Shown: in pieces, positions 10,332 to 20,956 of the stretch
Position numbering within the stretch: the stretch's first letter is position 1
Layout: each line of letters begins with the position of its first letter
From: Candidatus Helarchaeota archaeon
GTDB taxonomy: Archaea > Asgardarchaeota > Lokiarchaeia > Helarchaeales > RDOG01
Length of the DNA stretch: 64,000 nt
Assembly: GCA_019058315.1 (NCBI GenBank)
Contig: JAHPZH010000001.1
Location: 1,265,432 to 1,329,431, forward strand
Direction of reading: 5' to 3'
Notes under the pieces: generated by a model
Databases searched by the model: none
What the model was told of the DNA's origin: nothing
The model's input: only the letters and a program-made list of their open reading frames with translations
Position numbers and translations under genes: made by a program

Positions 10332-11522
10332 CTATTTTGAATTTTTTTTAGTCTTAAGTAATTTAATAAGTTGTTGTTCCAAAATTTGAGCTGGAACATC
10401 ATGCAAAGTAATTTTTAAAGGTTTTTTATGTATAATTTTTGATTGATTATATAATTGAATAATTAATCCTAAGTCTATAAGCTGTTTGATTGATTTTGTG
10501 AACATATTCTGTGTTTTAGGTTTCATACCAAATTCTTCACAGACAATTTTGAAATAAGAATATGCTTCCTTAATGCTCACATCTGGACAATCTTCAATTA
10601 AAAGGCATCTTGCTAAAGCTAAAATGGCAAATAATTCATTTTTTTTCAGAGTCTTTAGAATTTTTGATGAAGTCTCTGGAAAAATATAATTTTTAGCTTC
10701 CCGGACCATTTCTGCAGTTATTATATTTTTGTCATTTTTGCTACAATCTGCGATTTTGCCTGCATGATATAAGATTTCTATAGCATGTCGAGCATTCTGA
10801 GTGTTTGAAGCCACATCAGCGATCATTTCTATTATTTCACGATTAATTACTCCTTGTTTAAAAGCTTCAACCCTAGAATTTAATATTTGAATTAGATCGT
10901 CCTTTGAATACCCTTCTAATTTAATATGATCATTAATTCTTCCAGAGAGATTAACGTTTAGTATTTTCTTAAAGAAATAATCCCTTGAAATTAGGATATA
11001 ATAAATATTTGGTTCTGTAAATTGTAGAAAAAATAGGATTTCATCAGTATTAAGAACATGAATCTCATCTAAAATTAATAAAAGCTTTTTACTGTCCCTT
11101 TTTAATCGATTGTGCAGGTCTAGTAATAAATTTTCAGGTTCAAAACCTCGACTAGTGGCATCATAAAGTTTCGATAATAAATGATATAAAATAGCAGATT
11201 TAGATCTATAAGTATAACAATTACAATATTGATATTCTATCTTCTTATTTAAGGATTTAGATAAATCTACAAGTCTTTCGCAGAAATATTTTGCAAGAAC
11301 AGTTTTTCCTACTCCTGATTTTCCACTTAGTGCTATATTGACTGGAAAATTTACCTTATCTTTAAAAATAGGTCTAAAATCTCGACTTATTCTTTCTAAT
11401 TCCTTTTCTCTTCTTGGTAGTTGTTCAGGTATATATTCTCGAAAAAGTTTTGTTTCATCTTTAAAGACCGAAGTCCCAAAAAGGGTATTTCTAAAGATTT
11501 CATCAAAAATATCTGATGTCAT
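10332..11522 (-). CDS. cdc6: Cdc6/Orc1 family AAA+ replication initiator
   Basis: YIPEQLPRREKE, Walker A GKSGVGKT, Walker B LILDE, NARHAIEIL, C-terminal winged-helix region. Confidence 0.9.
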   Translation of the reverse strand: MTSDIFDEIFRNTLFGTSVFKDETKLFREYIPEQLPRREKELERISRDFRPIFKDKVNFPVNIALSGKSGVGKTVLAKYFCERLVDLSKSLNKKIEYQYCNCYTYRSKSAILYHLLSKLYDATSRGFEPENLLLDLHNRLKRDSKKLLLILDEIHVLNTDEILFFLQFTEPNIYYILISRDYFFKKILNVNLSGRINDHIKLEGYSKDDLIQILNSRVEAFKQGVINREIIEMIADVASNTQNARHAIEILYHAGKIADCSKNDKNIITAEMVREAKNYIFPETSSKILKTLKKNELFAILALARCLLIEDCPDVSIKEAYSYFKIVCEEFGMKPKTQNMFTKSIKQLIDLGLIIQLYNQSKIIHKKPLKITLHDVPAQILEQQLIKLLKTKKNSK

Positions 11523-11550
11523 TAAATTTCAACATAAAAAAAGAAATTGT

Positions 11551-12690
11551 CTATGGGTCTTTAATCCCATTTTCGTAAATCATGAATACTGCTTCTCTCT
11601 CCGGTAGACATGGGGAGTCGACCATTCTTGCGATCCGCTTTTCGCCTTTGGACTTTCGAAGATAAATTCTATATGTCGAAGCATGTGCTAGAACATGACC
11701 TCCAACTGGTTGGGTCGGATCTCCAAAGAATATTCCTGGTGCAGCCATAACTTGATTAGTTATAAAAACCGCAAGATTATAAGCCTCTCCAATTTGAAGA
11801 AGTTTATGAATGAATTTATTGAGTTTTTGTTGTCTATCAGCGAGTGTTCCTCTTCCAATATATTCAGAGCGAAAATGACTAATTATAGAATCAACTACAA
11901 TTAGTTTAATATTATTTTCTTTAATTATAGCAGGTAATTTATCGACTATTAATTGTTGATGGGCGGAATTATAAGATCTTGCGTAAATAACATTGTCCAA
12001 CATAGTTTTTGGGTCTAATTCAGGATATTTTTCTGCTATTTCTAATAATCTTTCCGGTCTAAAGGTCCCTTCAGCATCAATATATACAGCCTTAGCTTCT
12101 AAACCACCTTTTTCTTTTGGTAATTGAACTGTCACACATAATTGGTGAGCTATTTGTGTTTTCCCAGTTCTAAATTCTCCATAAACCTCAATCAATGAAC
12201 GTGTTTCAACTCCTCCACCAATCATTTCGTCGAATTGTTCGCACCCAGTTGTAAATCTATCCATAGCTTTTCTATTATCTAGGACTTCTGCAGCTGTAGA
12301 AAAACCTATTTCTAATTTGTCTCTTGCAGCTTGAATTATTTTTCCCATAGTTGATTCACCAATTGAGGTCAAAGAACTCACTTCGTTTGGCGATGCAACT
12401 GCAAGGGCTTCAACTGAACCATAACCTGCTTCTTTTAACTTATCCGCAATAGCAGGTCCAACTCCATTAAGATCTTCTATATTAATTTCTTCTTCCAGAC
12501 TAACTTCTATTTTTTTCTTTACTTTAGAATTTTTTTTGTCAGATTTTTTACTTTTTTTTGTTTTTTTAATTTCGCTAGTTTCATCTTCTTCCGAATCAAT
12601 TGTATCTAATTCTTCTAGAGCTTCATCCTCTTCTTCGGTTTTAGTATTCTTTTTTGTAGTAGTTTTAGTTGTTGCCAATTTTTTTTTCAC
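11551..12690 (-). CDS. radA: DNA repair and recombination protein RadA
   Basis: HhH LNGVGPAIADKL, GEFRTGKTQ, YIDAEGTFRPER, GGHVLAHASTYR. Confidence 0.97.
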   Translation of the reverse strand: MKKKLATTKTTTKKNTKTEEEDEALEELDTIDSEEDETSEIKKTKKSKKSDKKNSKVKKKIEVSLEEEINIEDLNGVGPAIADKLKEAGYGSVEALAVASPNEVSSLTSIGESTMGKIIQAARDKLEIGFSTAAEVLDNRKAMDRFTTGCEQFDEMIGGGVETRSLIEVYGEFRTGKTQIAHQLCVTVQLPKEKGGLEAKAVYIDAEGTFRPERLLEIAEKYPELDPKTMLDNVIYARSYNSAHQQLIVDKLPAIIKENNIKLIVVDSIISHFRSEYIGRGTLADRQQKLNKFIHKLLQIGEAYNLAVFITNQVMAAPGIFFGDPTQPVGGHVLAHASTYRIYLRKSKGEKRIARMVDSPCLPEREAVFMIYENGIKDP

Positions 12691-12807
12691 CTTATTACTA
12701 TGACATTAATTACAATATTATAAAGGGAAATAGAGAGAGACAGAGAAGTATGAAAAATAAAAAAAGTAAAAGTATTTATGTTTCTAAATTAAAAAAATAG
12801 CATTTAA

Positions 12808-13632
12808 TTATTCAATTTTTATTTTAGAGCCATTTTTAGTTAATTTTAACCTACCAAAATCTGATAATTCTTTTAACTGTGATGAATCAATTACCGGTCC
12901 ATCTAAGCAAACTCTAAATTTGCCATTCAAAACACATTTTCCACAAATCCCTATTCCACAACCAATATATCTTTCAAGTGAAAACTGTGCATTAATATTA
13001 TGCTCGATGGCAAATTCAAGTACTTTAAACATCATAAGTTCTGGACCACAACAATAGATTTGATCAATTTTGTGCTCCTCAAAAATATAATCTAATTGAT
13101 CCGTGCAATATTTACTTTTAATTCCCATACAGCCATCTTCAGTTGTAATATGAAGATTGCTATATTTTTCAAAGATATCGAGGAAAAAAATGTCCGATTC
13201 GGTTTTAAAGCCCAATAAACTGGTTATATTTAATTTATTTTTAAGTAATTCCTTAAGCAAATATCTTAAAGGTGCTAATCCAAATCCTCCTCCAACAAGA
13301 AGAACATTATTCCCTTGAATAGTAAAACCCTTACCTAGAGGCCCCATTAATCCTATTTTATCACCAATTTTTAGTTTCTCATACATGTAAGTTGTAGTTT
13401 TTCCGATTTTTTTTACTGTAAAAGATAGAAGGTCATTTTCAAAATCAGAAATGCTAAAAGGTTTCATATTGAACTTTGGAATCCAAATATTGCAAAATTT
13501 ACCAGGAGCAATATTTTCAAATTTATAACCTTCGATATAACTTCCTAATTTAAAAGTTTTAACATAAGCAGATTCTTCTTTAATTTCCTTAATTATAACC
13601 GGTTTTGGGATTTTTTCATTGGAAAAATTCAT
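12808..13632 (-). CDS. pyrK: Dihydroorotate dehydrogenase electron transfer subunit
   Basis: KPFSIS, GPLGKGF, VGGGFGLAP, CGPELM, CGIGICGKC...VCLDGPV [2Fe-2S] motif; adjacent to pyrD. Confidence 0.92.
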   Translation of the reverse strand: MNFSNEKIPKPVIIKEIKEESAYVKTFKLGSYIEGYKFENIAPGKFCNIWIPKFNMKPFSISDFENDLLSFTVKKIGKTTTYMYEKLKIGDKIGLMGPLGKGFTIQGNNVLLVGGGFGLAPLRYLLKELLKNKLNITSLLGFKTESDIFFLDIFEKYSNLHITTEDGCMGIKSKYCTDQLDYIFEEHKIDQIYCCGPELMMFKVLEFAIEHNINAQFSLERYIGCGIGICGKCVLNGKFRVCLDGPVIDSSQLKELSDFGRLKLTKNGSKIKIE

Positions 13633-13649
13633 AAATCAAGCCTTAATTT

Positions 13650-14672
13650 TTATTTATAACGTTCTTCAATAACCTTTATTACTTTACCTCTAAATTCTGA
13701 AATCTTATTATATCCTTGTTTATACATTATCTTTTTTAATTCATTGGATATACTATTAAAGCATTCTACAGGATTTTTATAATAAGAAATTGCAGAACCT
13801 ATTTGTACACACTCTACACCTAATAATAAAAATCTCATTACGTCCTCTGCATTTCGAATTCCGCCTACACCTATAACGGGAATATTTGACCTGTTATTTT
13901 TTCGTAAATATAGAATAATATCAGCTAATTTCTTTTGAGCAATACACCTAATCGAAGGTCCAGATTGTCCCCCAAAATAATTAGCAAGAACTGGCATTTC
14001 TAAATAGGGATCAATTTCAAGAGCTTGAACTGTATTTATAGCAGATATTCCATCAATTCCGTTGGATATAGCTATTTTAACAAATTCAGTAATGTCTGTG
14101 ACATTAGGAGATAATTTAATAATAAATTTTGTATTGTTCTTCTTAATTTTCTTCAAATCTTTTAAAATCTGATCTGTTTTGTCTGGCATTTGACCAATTA
14201 TTAATTTGCGTGATTTAGGATCAGAGTGAGGACATGAGATATTTAATTCAAATATTTTTACACCTACATCTTGAAAACTACCGATAATTGTGCTAAATTC
14301 TTCTTCGTTTCCACCCCAAACACTGATTATTAACGGAATTTTATTAAAATCAATATTATATTCTTTTATATTTTTAACAAATTTCTGGTAACCTGGATTT
14401 GGAAGACCCACTGCATTAACAAAAACATTTTCCATTGGTTTTATGACAATAGGATTTACATAACCTTCTTTCGGTTTAAAACCAATGGATTTCGAAATTA
14501 CAGCACCTGCACCTGCTTTAAGTATTTGCATTAATGATTCAAGTGAAACTCCTAAAATTCCAGAAGCTAATATTAGTGGATTCTTTAATTTCAAATCAAA
14601 TAAGTCTATTGAAGTATCTATAGCCTTAATTTCTTTAGCATCATCTTTTTTTTGAAATTGAATTTTAATCAT
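13650..14672 (-). CDS. pyrD: Dihydroorotate dehydrogenase family 1B catalytic subunit
   Basis: NPLILASG, NAVGLPNPG, ELNISCPH, KLSPNVTDI, AINT, GVGGI, VQIGS. Confidence 0.93.
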   Translation of the reverse strand: MIKIQFQKKDDAKEIKAIDTSIDLFDLKLKNPLILASGILGVSLESLMQILKAGAGAVISKSIGFKPKEGYVNPIVIKPMENVFVNAVGLPNPGYQKFVKNIKEYNIDFNKIPLIISVWGGNEEEFSTIIGSFQDVGVKIFELNISCPHSDPKSRKLIIGQMPDKTDQILKDLKKIKKNNTKFIIKLSPNVTDITEFVKIAISNGIDGISAINTVQALEIDPYLEMPVLANYFGGQSGPSIRCIAQKKLADIILYLRKNNRSNIPVIGVGGIRNAEDVMRFLLLGVECVQIGSAISYYKNPVECFNSISNELKKIMYKQGYNKISEFRGKVIKVIEERYK

Positions 14673-14769
14673 CTAAATATTTTTTAATAATTTGTTGAAC
14701 TTTCAGATATTAATTTTATCAGTATTAATTTTCAAAAAATTTATAATATTATTGAAGGAAGTGAATAAT

Positions 14770-15126
14770 ATGTTAAAGATTCTAATTAACGTATGGTATC
14801 CAATTGAGAAAAGTAATGAAGTTGTGGAAAAATTCATTGAAGTTGAAAAGTTTTATCCTATAAATTCGCCTTTAATAAAACCTTTAACAACATGGGAATC
14901 ATGGGCAACTAAAACTGGTATAAAGGGAACAGGTATATTTAAAGTGATAAAAGGGAAATTTAAGGATACTTTAAATTTTTTTATTAGACGCTTGAGCATG
15001 TACGCGCAAGATATCGAGGGATATACCTTTGAAATAGCCGCATCATTACCGAGTAAGAAAGGAAAAACATTAATAGGGAAAGATTTATCTGAATTTTTAA
15101 TTCCGGAGGATAAAAATGGAACTTAA
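14770..15126 (+). CDS. Hypothetical protein
   Basis: Open frame; ATG 14770 preceded by RBS-like GGAAGTGA; overlaps the next gene. Confidence 0.6.
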   Translation: MLKILINVWYPIEKSNEVVEKFIEVEKFYPINSPLIKPLTTWESWATKTGIKGTGIFKVIKGKFKDTLNFFIRRLSMYAQDIEGYTFEIAASLPSKKGKTLIGKDLSEFLIPEDKNGT

Positions 15127-16066
15127 AGAGATAGCAAAGGATATATATGCTTGTTTGCAGGAAGATAGGGGATTTGGATGGAATAACGCTGGGTTCGTGA
15201 ATCTAGGTGGAGGGTTGGCTATTGACACATTTTATGATTTGAACCTTACTAGGCAGATGATCAAGCTCTATAAAACTATATCACCTGAACCAGCACAACG
15301 ACTCGTGAATACCCATCACAATGGAGATCATACTTGGGGTAATCAGCTTTTTAAAGACGCTGAGATTATCGCACACCGCCTCTGTGCTGAAAAAATGAAA
15401 GAAGAAAAGAAGATTAACTTACCAGCATTCTTACTGTCAGGGCAACAAAACCCTAAGGCTTTTCCATCAAAATTGAAGCCGTTTATAGATGCTATGAGTG
15501 AGTTTGACTTTTCTGGGATTGAAATTACACTGCCAAATCACTTATTCGAAGATAAGTTAGATCTTGATCTAGATGGCTATCCTTGCCAACTCATTTATGT
15601 TGGCCCAGCACACACTCCAGGTGATATAATTGTATATCTTCCCGAGCATAGTATCATCTTTGCCGGTGATATTGTCTTCAGGCAATGCACGCCAGTTGGT
15701 TGGGAAGGCACACATGCTAAGTGGATTGAAGCGTTAGATCTTGTGTTATCCTTTGAGCCCGAGGTTGTTGTCCCTGGACATGGCCCACTCTGTGGTGTCG
15801 AAGGAGTGAAGGAGCTACGAGGGTACTTTGAGTTCGTCTATTCCGAGGCTAAGCGTTTCTTTGATGAGGGCCTTGACCCTCTTGAGGCATCGAAGAAAAT
15901 CGATCTTGGATCTTATACAAAATGGAATGAACCCGAACGACTATTCTTTAATGTTAATAGAGCTTATCGCGAGTTCCGGAATGTAGAACCATGGGATGCA
16001 CCCTATAACGCAATAAATCTTTTCCTTAAATGTCAGGAGTTGCGGGTTCACTGGGATGGAAAATAA
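15116..16066 (+). CDS. Metallo-beta-lactamase fold hydrolase (cyclase-like)
   Basis: NTHHNGDHTWGN, AHTPGD, FAGD, VPGHG. Confidence 0.9.
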   Translation: MELKEIAKDIYACLQEDRGFGWNNAGFVNLGGGLAIDTFYDLNLTRQMIKLYKTISPEPAQRLVNTHHNGDHTWGNQLFKDAEIIAHRLCAEKMKEEKKINLPAFLLSGQQNPKAFPSKLKPFIDAMSEFDFSGIEITLPNHLFEDKLDLDLDGYPCQLIYVGPAHTPGDIIVYLPEHSIIFAGDIVFRQCTPVGWEGTHAKWIEALDLVLSFEPEVVVPGHGPLCGVEGVKELRGYFEFVYSEAKRFFDEGLDPLEASKKIDLGSYTKWNEPERLFFNVNRAYREFRNVEPWDAPYNAINLFLKCQELRVHWDGK

Positions 16067-16179
16067 AATGATTTACATTATAACAATAAAATAATAATAA
16101 GGATTTTCTTATTTTTTGTAATTAGAGGATTTAGTTGAAAAAAATTTAAAAATTATCTATACTTTGTCGAAACGGTTTA

Positions 16180-16851
16180 ATGAAAATGATGCTTTTTGAT
16201 TTTCATATACATAGTGAATGGTCAGACGGGGACAATAGTTTAGAGGAAATTATGAAAGCAGCTAAGGATAAAGGATTAGAAATTATTGGAATTAATGACC
16301 ATTTGTCCAGTATAAAAGCATCCATACCACTGGAATCAGAAGCTTTACAAGATTATTTACTAGATATTCGAGAAATTAGTCAAACAATCGGAATAAAAGC
16401 TTTAGCGGGTTTAGAAATTGATATTTATCCACCAGATGATTTAGATATTGAAGTATTAAACAAGTATGATTATCTAATATTTGAAAATATTATGGGATTA
16501 CCAAAAATCAAAGCAATTTGTGAATTTTCTAAAAAAATTCAAGGACCTCTTATAGGTTTAGCACATACAGAATTGAGATATCCAGAGCCAATCTTTCGTA
16601 AAGTAATAAAACTTTTAGAAGATAACAATATATTCATCGAATTAAATGCAAATTACACACAAAATTATGAAGCTTCACATGATTTATTTAAAATAATCGC
16701 AGAATCTAAAATTGGGATTTCAATTGGATCTGATTCTCATTCAATAAAAACTCTTGGATTATTTAATTATGCTATTGAATTTTTAGAAAATTTTAAAATA
16801 AATATAGAAGATCGGCTTGTGCTTTTAAAAAAATTTAAAACAGGTCCTTAA
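16180..16851 (+). CDS. PHP domain metallophosphoesterase
   Basis: DFHIHSEWSDG, INDH, GLEID, LAH, GSDSH. Confidence 0.9.
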   Translation: MKMMLFDFHIHSEWSDGDNSLEEIMKAAKDKGLEIIGINDHLSSIKASIPLESEALQDYLLDIREISQTIGIKALAGLEIDIYPPDDLDIEVLNKYDYLIFENIMGLPKIKAICEFSKKIQGPLIGLAHTELRYPEPIFRKVIKLLEDNNIFIELNANYTQNYEASHDLFKIIAESKIGISIGSDSHSIKTLGLFNYAIEFLENFKINIEDRLVLLKKFKTGP

Positions 16852-16853
16852 AA

Positions 16854-17978
16854 GTGCCTAAGAAAAAAAAGAAACGAATGAGTCTTGAAAATCTAAAGGA
16901 TTTAGAAGCTGAGCCAGAAAAAATTCCAAAAGTTAATAAAATACCTCAAAAACCCACTGAATCCAAATCTATAATTCAAGAAAAATCACCTTCTAATGAA
17001 CTGGTAAATGAAGAATTAGAGAAGCTATTTGAACAATTGAATAAATGGAAAATTGCGCGTCGAGTTAATTCTGATATGCAGATGCAATATAGAGATACGG
17101 TGCGCGAATGTAAAGAAATAAGAGAAGATCTAAAAAAGGAAATTGCAGATATCAGAACAGTTGCGAATACTGCGAAAAATCAGCGGGATAAGATAAATGA
17201 AAAAGTAAATGAACTAAAAAAGCAAAGAAGCGAGGCAAATGAGAAAATAAAGGAATACAAAAATAAACGAGATGAAAAATGGACTGAAGTTAAACAAATT
17301 AGAGAACAATTTCGAAATATGATCAATCAAAAAAAGGACTTACGTGAAAAATTATTCAAAGCTAAACAATTATCCCAAATCATTGAATCATTAGATTGGG
17401 AATTACAGACTGTTTCTATGGATTGGGAAAAAGAGTGCGAATTAATGGATCAAATTGAAGATATGTTTCACCAATTTGAACAAATTAAAGAGGTTAAAAA
17501 ATTTAAAGATATATCAAACATATTGGATAATTATTCAAGTCAACTTGATAAATTAAGAACGGAAGCAAATCAATATCACCAATTAATGTTAGATTTTGTT
17601 GAAGAATCAAATTTCATTCATAATCAAATTTTAGAGTCAGTTAACGAGTCCGATCAATATCATTCGGAAATGATTACAAATTTTGAAAAGACTAGCAAGC
17701 TTCAGATTCAAGAAGAAGAAGCACATCAAAACATGATGAATGCAGTTCAAGAATTAAATCTATTGAAAAAAGGAGAACAAGAAATCGAAAAGGAACTCCA
17801 AATAGTAAGAAAAAAGCTTGGTAAATTACGAGAAAAAGAGGAGGCATTGAAATCTAAAGAAACCAAAAAAATTCTAGATGAGAAAGCCCAAAAAATATTA
17901 AAGAAATATAAAGCTGGTCAAAAATTAACGATTAATGAATTTCGAATTTTGATGAGAACTGATAAATTGAAAGAATAA
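16854..17978 (+). CDS. Archaeal long coiled-coil protein (COG1340-like)
   Basis: Heptad-rich; LDWELQT, EANQYHQ, YKAGQKLTINEF motifs typical of this family. Confidence 0.7.
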   Translation: MPKKKKKRMSLENLKDLEAEPEKIPKVNKIPQKPTESKSIIQEKSPSNELVNEELEKLFEQLNKWKIARRVNSDMQMQYRDTVRECKEIREDLKKEIADIRTVANTAKNQRDKINEKVNELKKQRSEANEKIKEYKNKRDEKWTEVKQIREQFRNMINQKKDLREKLFKAKQLSQIIESLDWELQTVSMDWEKECELMDQIEDMFHQFEQIKEVKKFKDISNILDNYSSQLDKLRTEANQYHQLMLDFVEESNFIHNQILESVNESDQYHSEMITNFEKTSKLQIQEEEAHQNMMNAVQELNLLKKGEQEIEKELQIVRKKLGKLREKEEALKSKETKKILDEKAQKILKKYKAGQKLTINEFRILMRTDKLKE

Positions 17979-18096
17979 ATAATTTCTTATTAAATACTAA
18001 TAAGATTTAGTTTTTTTATTACTCAAAGTCAAATAATGTTAAAAGTTTTTATTTTCGTACATTACTAAAGTCTTGATTACCTTTCGGTGAACTTGA

Positions 18097-19680
18097 GTGG
18101 AAAATTTTGCCAGAATGATAATAGATGAAATAAAAAGTGGAAGAATAAAAAATAAAAAAGATTTAGAAAGGCGAAAGAGGAATATATGCCATAAAAATAA
18201 GCTTTCTAAAGTTTTTAGTAATGCTGATATATTAAATTTTGCTAATGATGAAGAACGAGAAGAAATAATACACTTATTATTGAAACGACCTATCCGCACA
18301 ATTAGTGGAGTTGCTGTTGTAGCAATTATGAGCAAACCACAACCATGTCCGCATGGTAAATGTTTATATTGTCCAGGAGGTCCAGAATTTGGCAGCCCAC
18401 AAAGCTATACAGGTCTAGAACCTGCAGCTTTACGTTCCATTCAAAATGATTTTGATCCTTATAAACAAGTTTCTGCACGTCTTCGACAATTAAGTGCTAT
18501 TGGTCACCCAATTGATAAAATTGATCTTATTATTATGGGAGGAACATTTCCAAGTTTCCCAGAAGCTTATCAAAATTGGTTTATTAAAAGATCATTAGAT
18601 GCAATTAATCAAATCGATTCAAAAAATTTGCAACATGCTCTTAAAATAGCTGAAACTGCAAAAAACCGTCTAATTGGTATGACCATCGAAACTAGACCAG
18701 ATTATTGTTCACAAGATCAAATAAATATGTTATTAGAATATGGTACTACTCGAGTTGAAATTGGTGTACAAAATTTAGATGACCAAATATATAAGAAAGT
18801 AAAAAGAGGACATACAGTAAAAGATGTTGAAAATGCTTTCCAATTATTAAGAGATAATTCTTTGAAAATTACTGCTCATATGATGCCATTTTTACCCGGA
18901 TCTTCTTTTGAGAAAGATTTAGCTGCATTTAATACTTTATTTTATGATGATCGTTTCAAACCTGACGAATTAAAGATTTATCCTACACAAGTAATTGAAG
19001 GGACGGAATTATATGATATGTGGAAAAATGGGGATTATAAAGCTGCTACTGATGAAGAAGTCATTGATCTCCTTGTCGAAGTTAAAAAAATTATTCCACC
19101 ATATGTAAGAATAAAGAGAATAATTAGAGACATCCCTGCATATAAAATTGTAGCAGGACCTAAAAAAAGTAATTTGCGAGAATTAGTCAAAAAAGAATTA
19201 GATAAAAAGGGTCTCAAGTGTAATTGTATACGTTGTAGAGAAGTCGGACATATGGAATATAAATATGGAATAAGACCAGATATAAAAAATATTAAATTAA
19301 AAAAATATGAATATAACGCATCAAATGGGAAGGAATTTTTCCTCTCATTTGAAGATATAGAACAAAATATTATCATAGGATTCCTAAGACTAAGGATTCC
19401 ATCAGAAGAGACTAAACGCAAAGAAATTAATGAAATCCCAACCGCTCTAGTAAGAGAACTTCATATCTATGGACCAATGTTAAAAATTGGAGAAAAATCA
19501 CTAGATGGATGGCAACATCAAGGATACGGACAAAATTTATTAAAAGAAGCTGAAGAAATAGCAAAAAACGAATTTGATCGTAATAAACTATTAGTTATAA
19601 GTGGAGCTGGAGCAAGAGAATATTATTATAAATTCGGATTTAAAAAAGATGGTCCCTTTGTATCTAAATTATTGAATTAA
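18097..19680 (+). CDS. elp3: Elongator protein 3, tRNA uridine(34) acetyltransferase (radical SAM + KAT)
   Basis: RTISGVAVVAIM, CPHGKCLYCPGG, QSYTG, ETRPD, KIYPT, VRELHIYG, WQHQGYG. Confidence 0.97.
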   Translation: MENFARMIIDEIKSGRIKNKKDLERRKRNICHKNKLSKVFSNADILNFANDEEREEIIHLLLKRPIRTISGVAVVAIMSKPQPCPHGKCLYCPGGPEFGSPQSYTGLEPAALRSIQNDFDPYKQVSARLRQLSAIGHPIDKIDLIIMGGTFPSFPEAYQNWFIKRSLDAINQIDSKNLQHALKIAETAKNRLIGMTIETRPDYCSQDQINMLLEYGTTRVEIGVQNLDDQIYKKVKRGHTVKDVENAFQLLRDNSLKITAHMMPFLPGSSFEKDLAAFNTLFYDDRFKPDELKIYPTQVIEGTELYDMWKNGDYKAATDEEVIDLLVEVKKIIPPYVRIKRIIRDIPAYKIVAGPKKSNLRELVKKELDKKGLKCNCIRCREVGHMEYKYGIRPDIKNIKLKKYEYNASNGKEFFLSFEDIEQNIIIGFLRLRIPSEETKRKEINEIPTALVRELHIYGPMLKIGEKSLDGWQHQGYGQNLLKEAEEIAKNEFDRNKLLVISGAGAREYYYKFGFKKDGPFVSKLLN

Positions 19681-20042
19681 TCGAATTCGATGGTTCCTGT
19701 TTTTAGATATCCTTGTTTTTGTAGCCAACGTGCTTGTGTCTTAGTATATCTTGTAATGATTTCTCCTCTTTCATCGCTTTGCATGTCAATCCAAGGTTCT
19801 ACAAGGACAACATCATCGATTCTAATCCACATTCGTTTGCGTATTTTCCCTCTAATCCGACAATTTCTAACTTTATCATCTTCACATTGAACTTTTAGCC
19901 AACCCCCACCTAATATTTGAATTACCCTTCCTAGAACTTGGCCCTCCACGGGGGTTTGAATTCGTCTAAAATAAGTAGTTTGGTCTGTTGGACCTGATGT
20001 TTTTTTCTTTTTTTTTGAACGTGCTTTCTTTTTTGGGGGCAA
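19677..20042 (-). CDS. eif1a: Translation initiation factor aIF-1A
   Basis: GRVIQILGGG, RNCRIRGKIRKRMWIRIDDVVLVEPW, RYT. Confidence 0.95.
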   Translation of the reverse strand: MPPKKKARSKKKKKTSGPTDQTTYFRRIQTPVEGQVLGRVIQILGGGWLKVQCEDDKVRNCRIRGKIRKRMWIRIDDVVLVEPWIDMQSDERGEIITRYTKTQARWLQKQGYLKTGTIEFD

Positions 20043-20234
20043 GATAACTTCTCATTAAATATATTTTATATTGAATTTATTATATTAAAAAAATCTATAC
20101 TTAAAAATATGTAGGTGAATTGGGAATTTTGATTTGTAAATTTATAAAATATTTTTAATCTTTGATTTCTATAACTTTAATAGAAGACTAAATAGAGAAA
20201 TATATTCTCGTTTTGAGGATATAAATAATATATT

Positions 20235-20810
20235 TTAACCAATTCTTCCATCGAAATGGATATTGATTTCTAAAGTATTGTCTTCCCTTAAATTTGTATC
20301 TACTTTTGAAGTAAATAAACGATACCTTATATTCATTATATTAGATAGAAATTTGGTTAATGATTTTGTACAATTTGATAACAATATTTTTGCTATTTCG
20401 TTTTCATCAGTAATATGGTCAATTCTGTATTTTTCTTTTAAATATCTTAGAACATTTAATTCTTCAGCGTCAAAAATATAATATAAATCAATATCGGCAT
20501 CTACATTACTTTTACCTTTTTTAACTTCAACTTTCAAGTTTGAATCAAATGAAAATATTTCAGTCAAGAATTCTGTAAAAATATAAGACCCAGCGAATTC
20601 TAGAAAAGGTGAGATTAAATATGATCCCTTAATACTAACCCATTTCTGCCATATCGGGTGAAAACGTTCTAAATATGATTTTACTGCTATTTGATTATAA
20701 TTTGCCTCATTAACAATGGCTTTTTCTAGTCTACCTCCGGAAATTTCTAGGTTGCTTTCACTAATTATTCTTTCAACCATCGGAGAAAAATTTTGATGCA
20801 ATAAAATCAC
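20235..20810 (-). CDS. Hypothetical protein
   Basis: 191-aa ORF with host-like composition; no motif recognised. Confidence 0.6.
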   Translation of the reverse strand: MILLHQNFSPMVERIISESNLEISGGRLEKAIVNEANYNQIAVKSYLERFHPIWQKWVSIKGSYLISPFLEFAGSYIFTEFLTEIFSFDSNLKVEVKKGKSNVDADIDLYYIFDAEELNVLRYLKEKYRIDHITDENEIAKILLSNCTKSLTKFLSNIMNIRYRLFTSKVDTNLREDNTLEINIHFDGRIG

Positions 20811-20956
20811 ATTTCAATTTCTACAATTGATAATCATAACTTGAATAAAATTATTATCTTTTATTATTTCATTTCAATATTTACTTAATTAATTGTAGGT
20901 GCGAATATAATTTTCAATTCATTAAATATAAGCAAAAAATTAATATTTAAAAAAGA

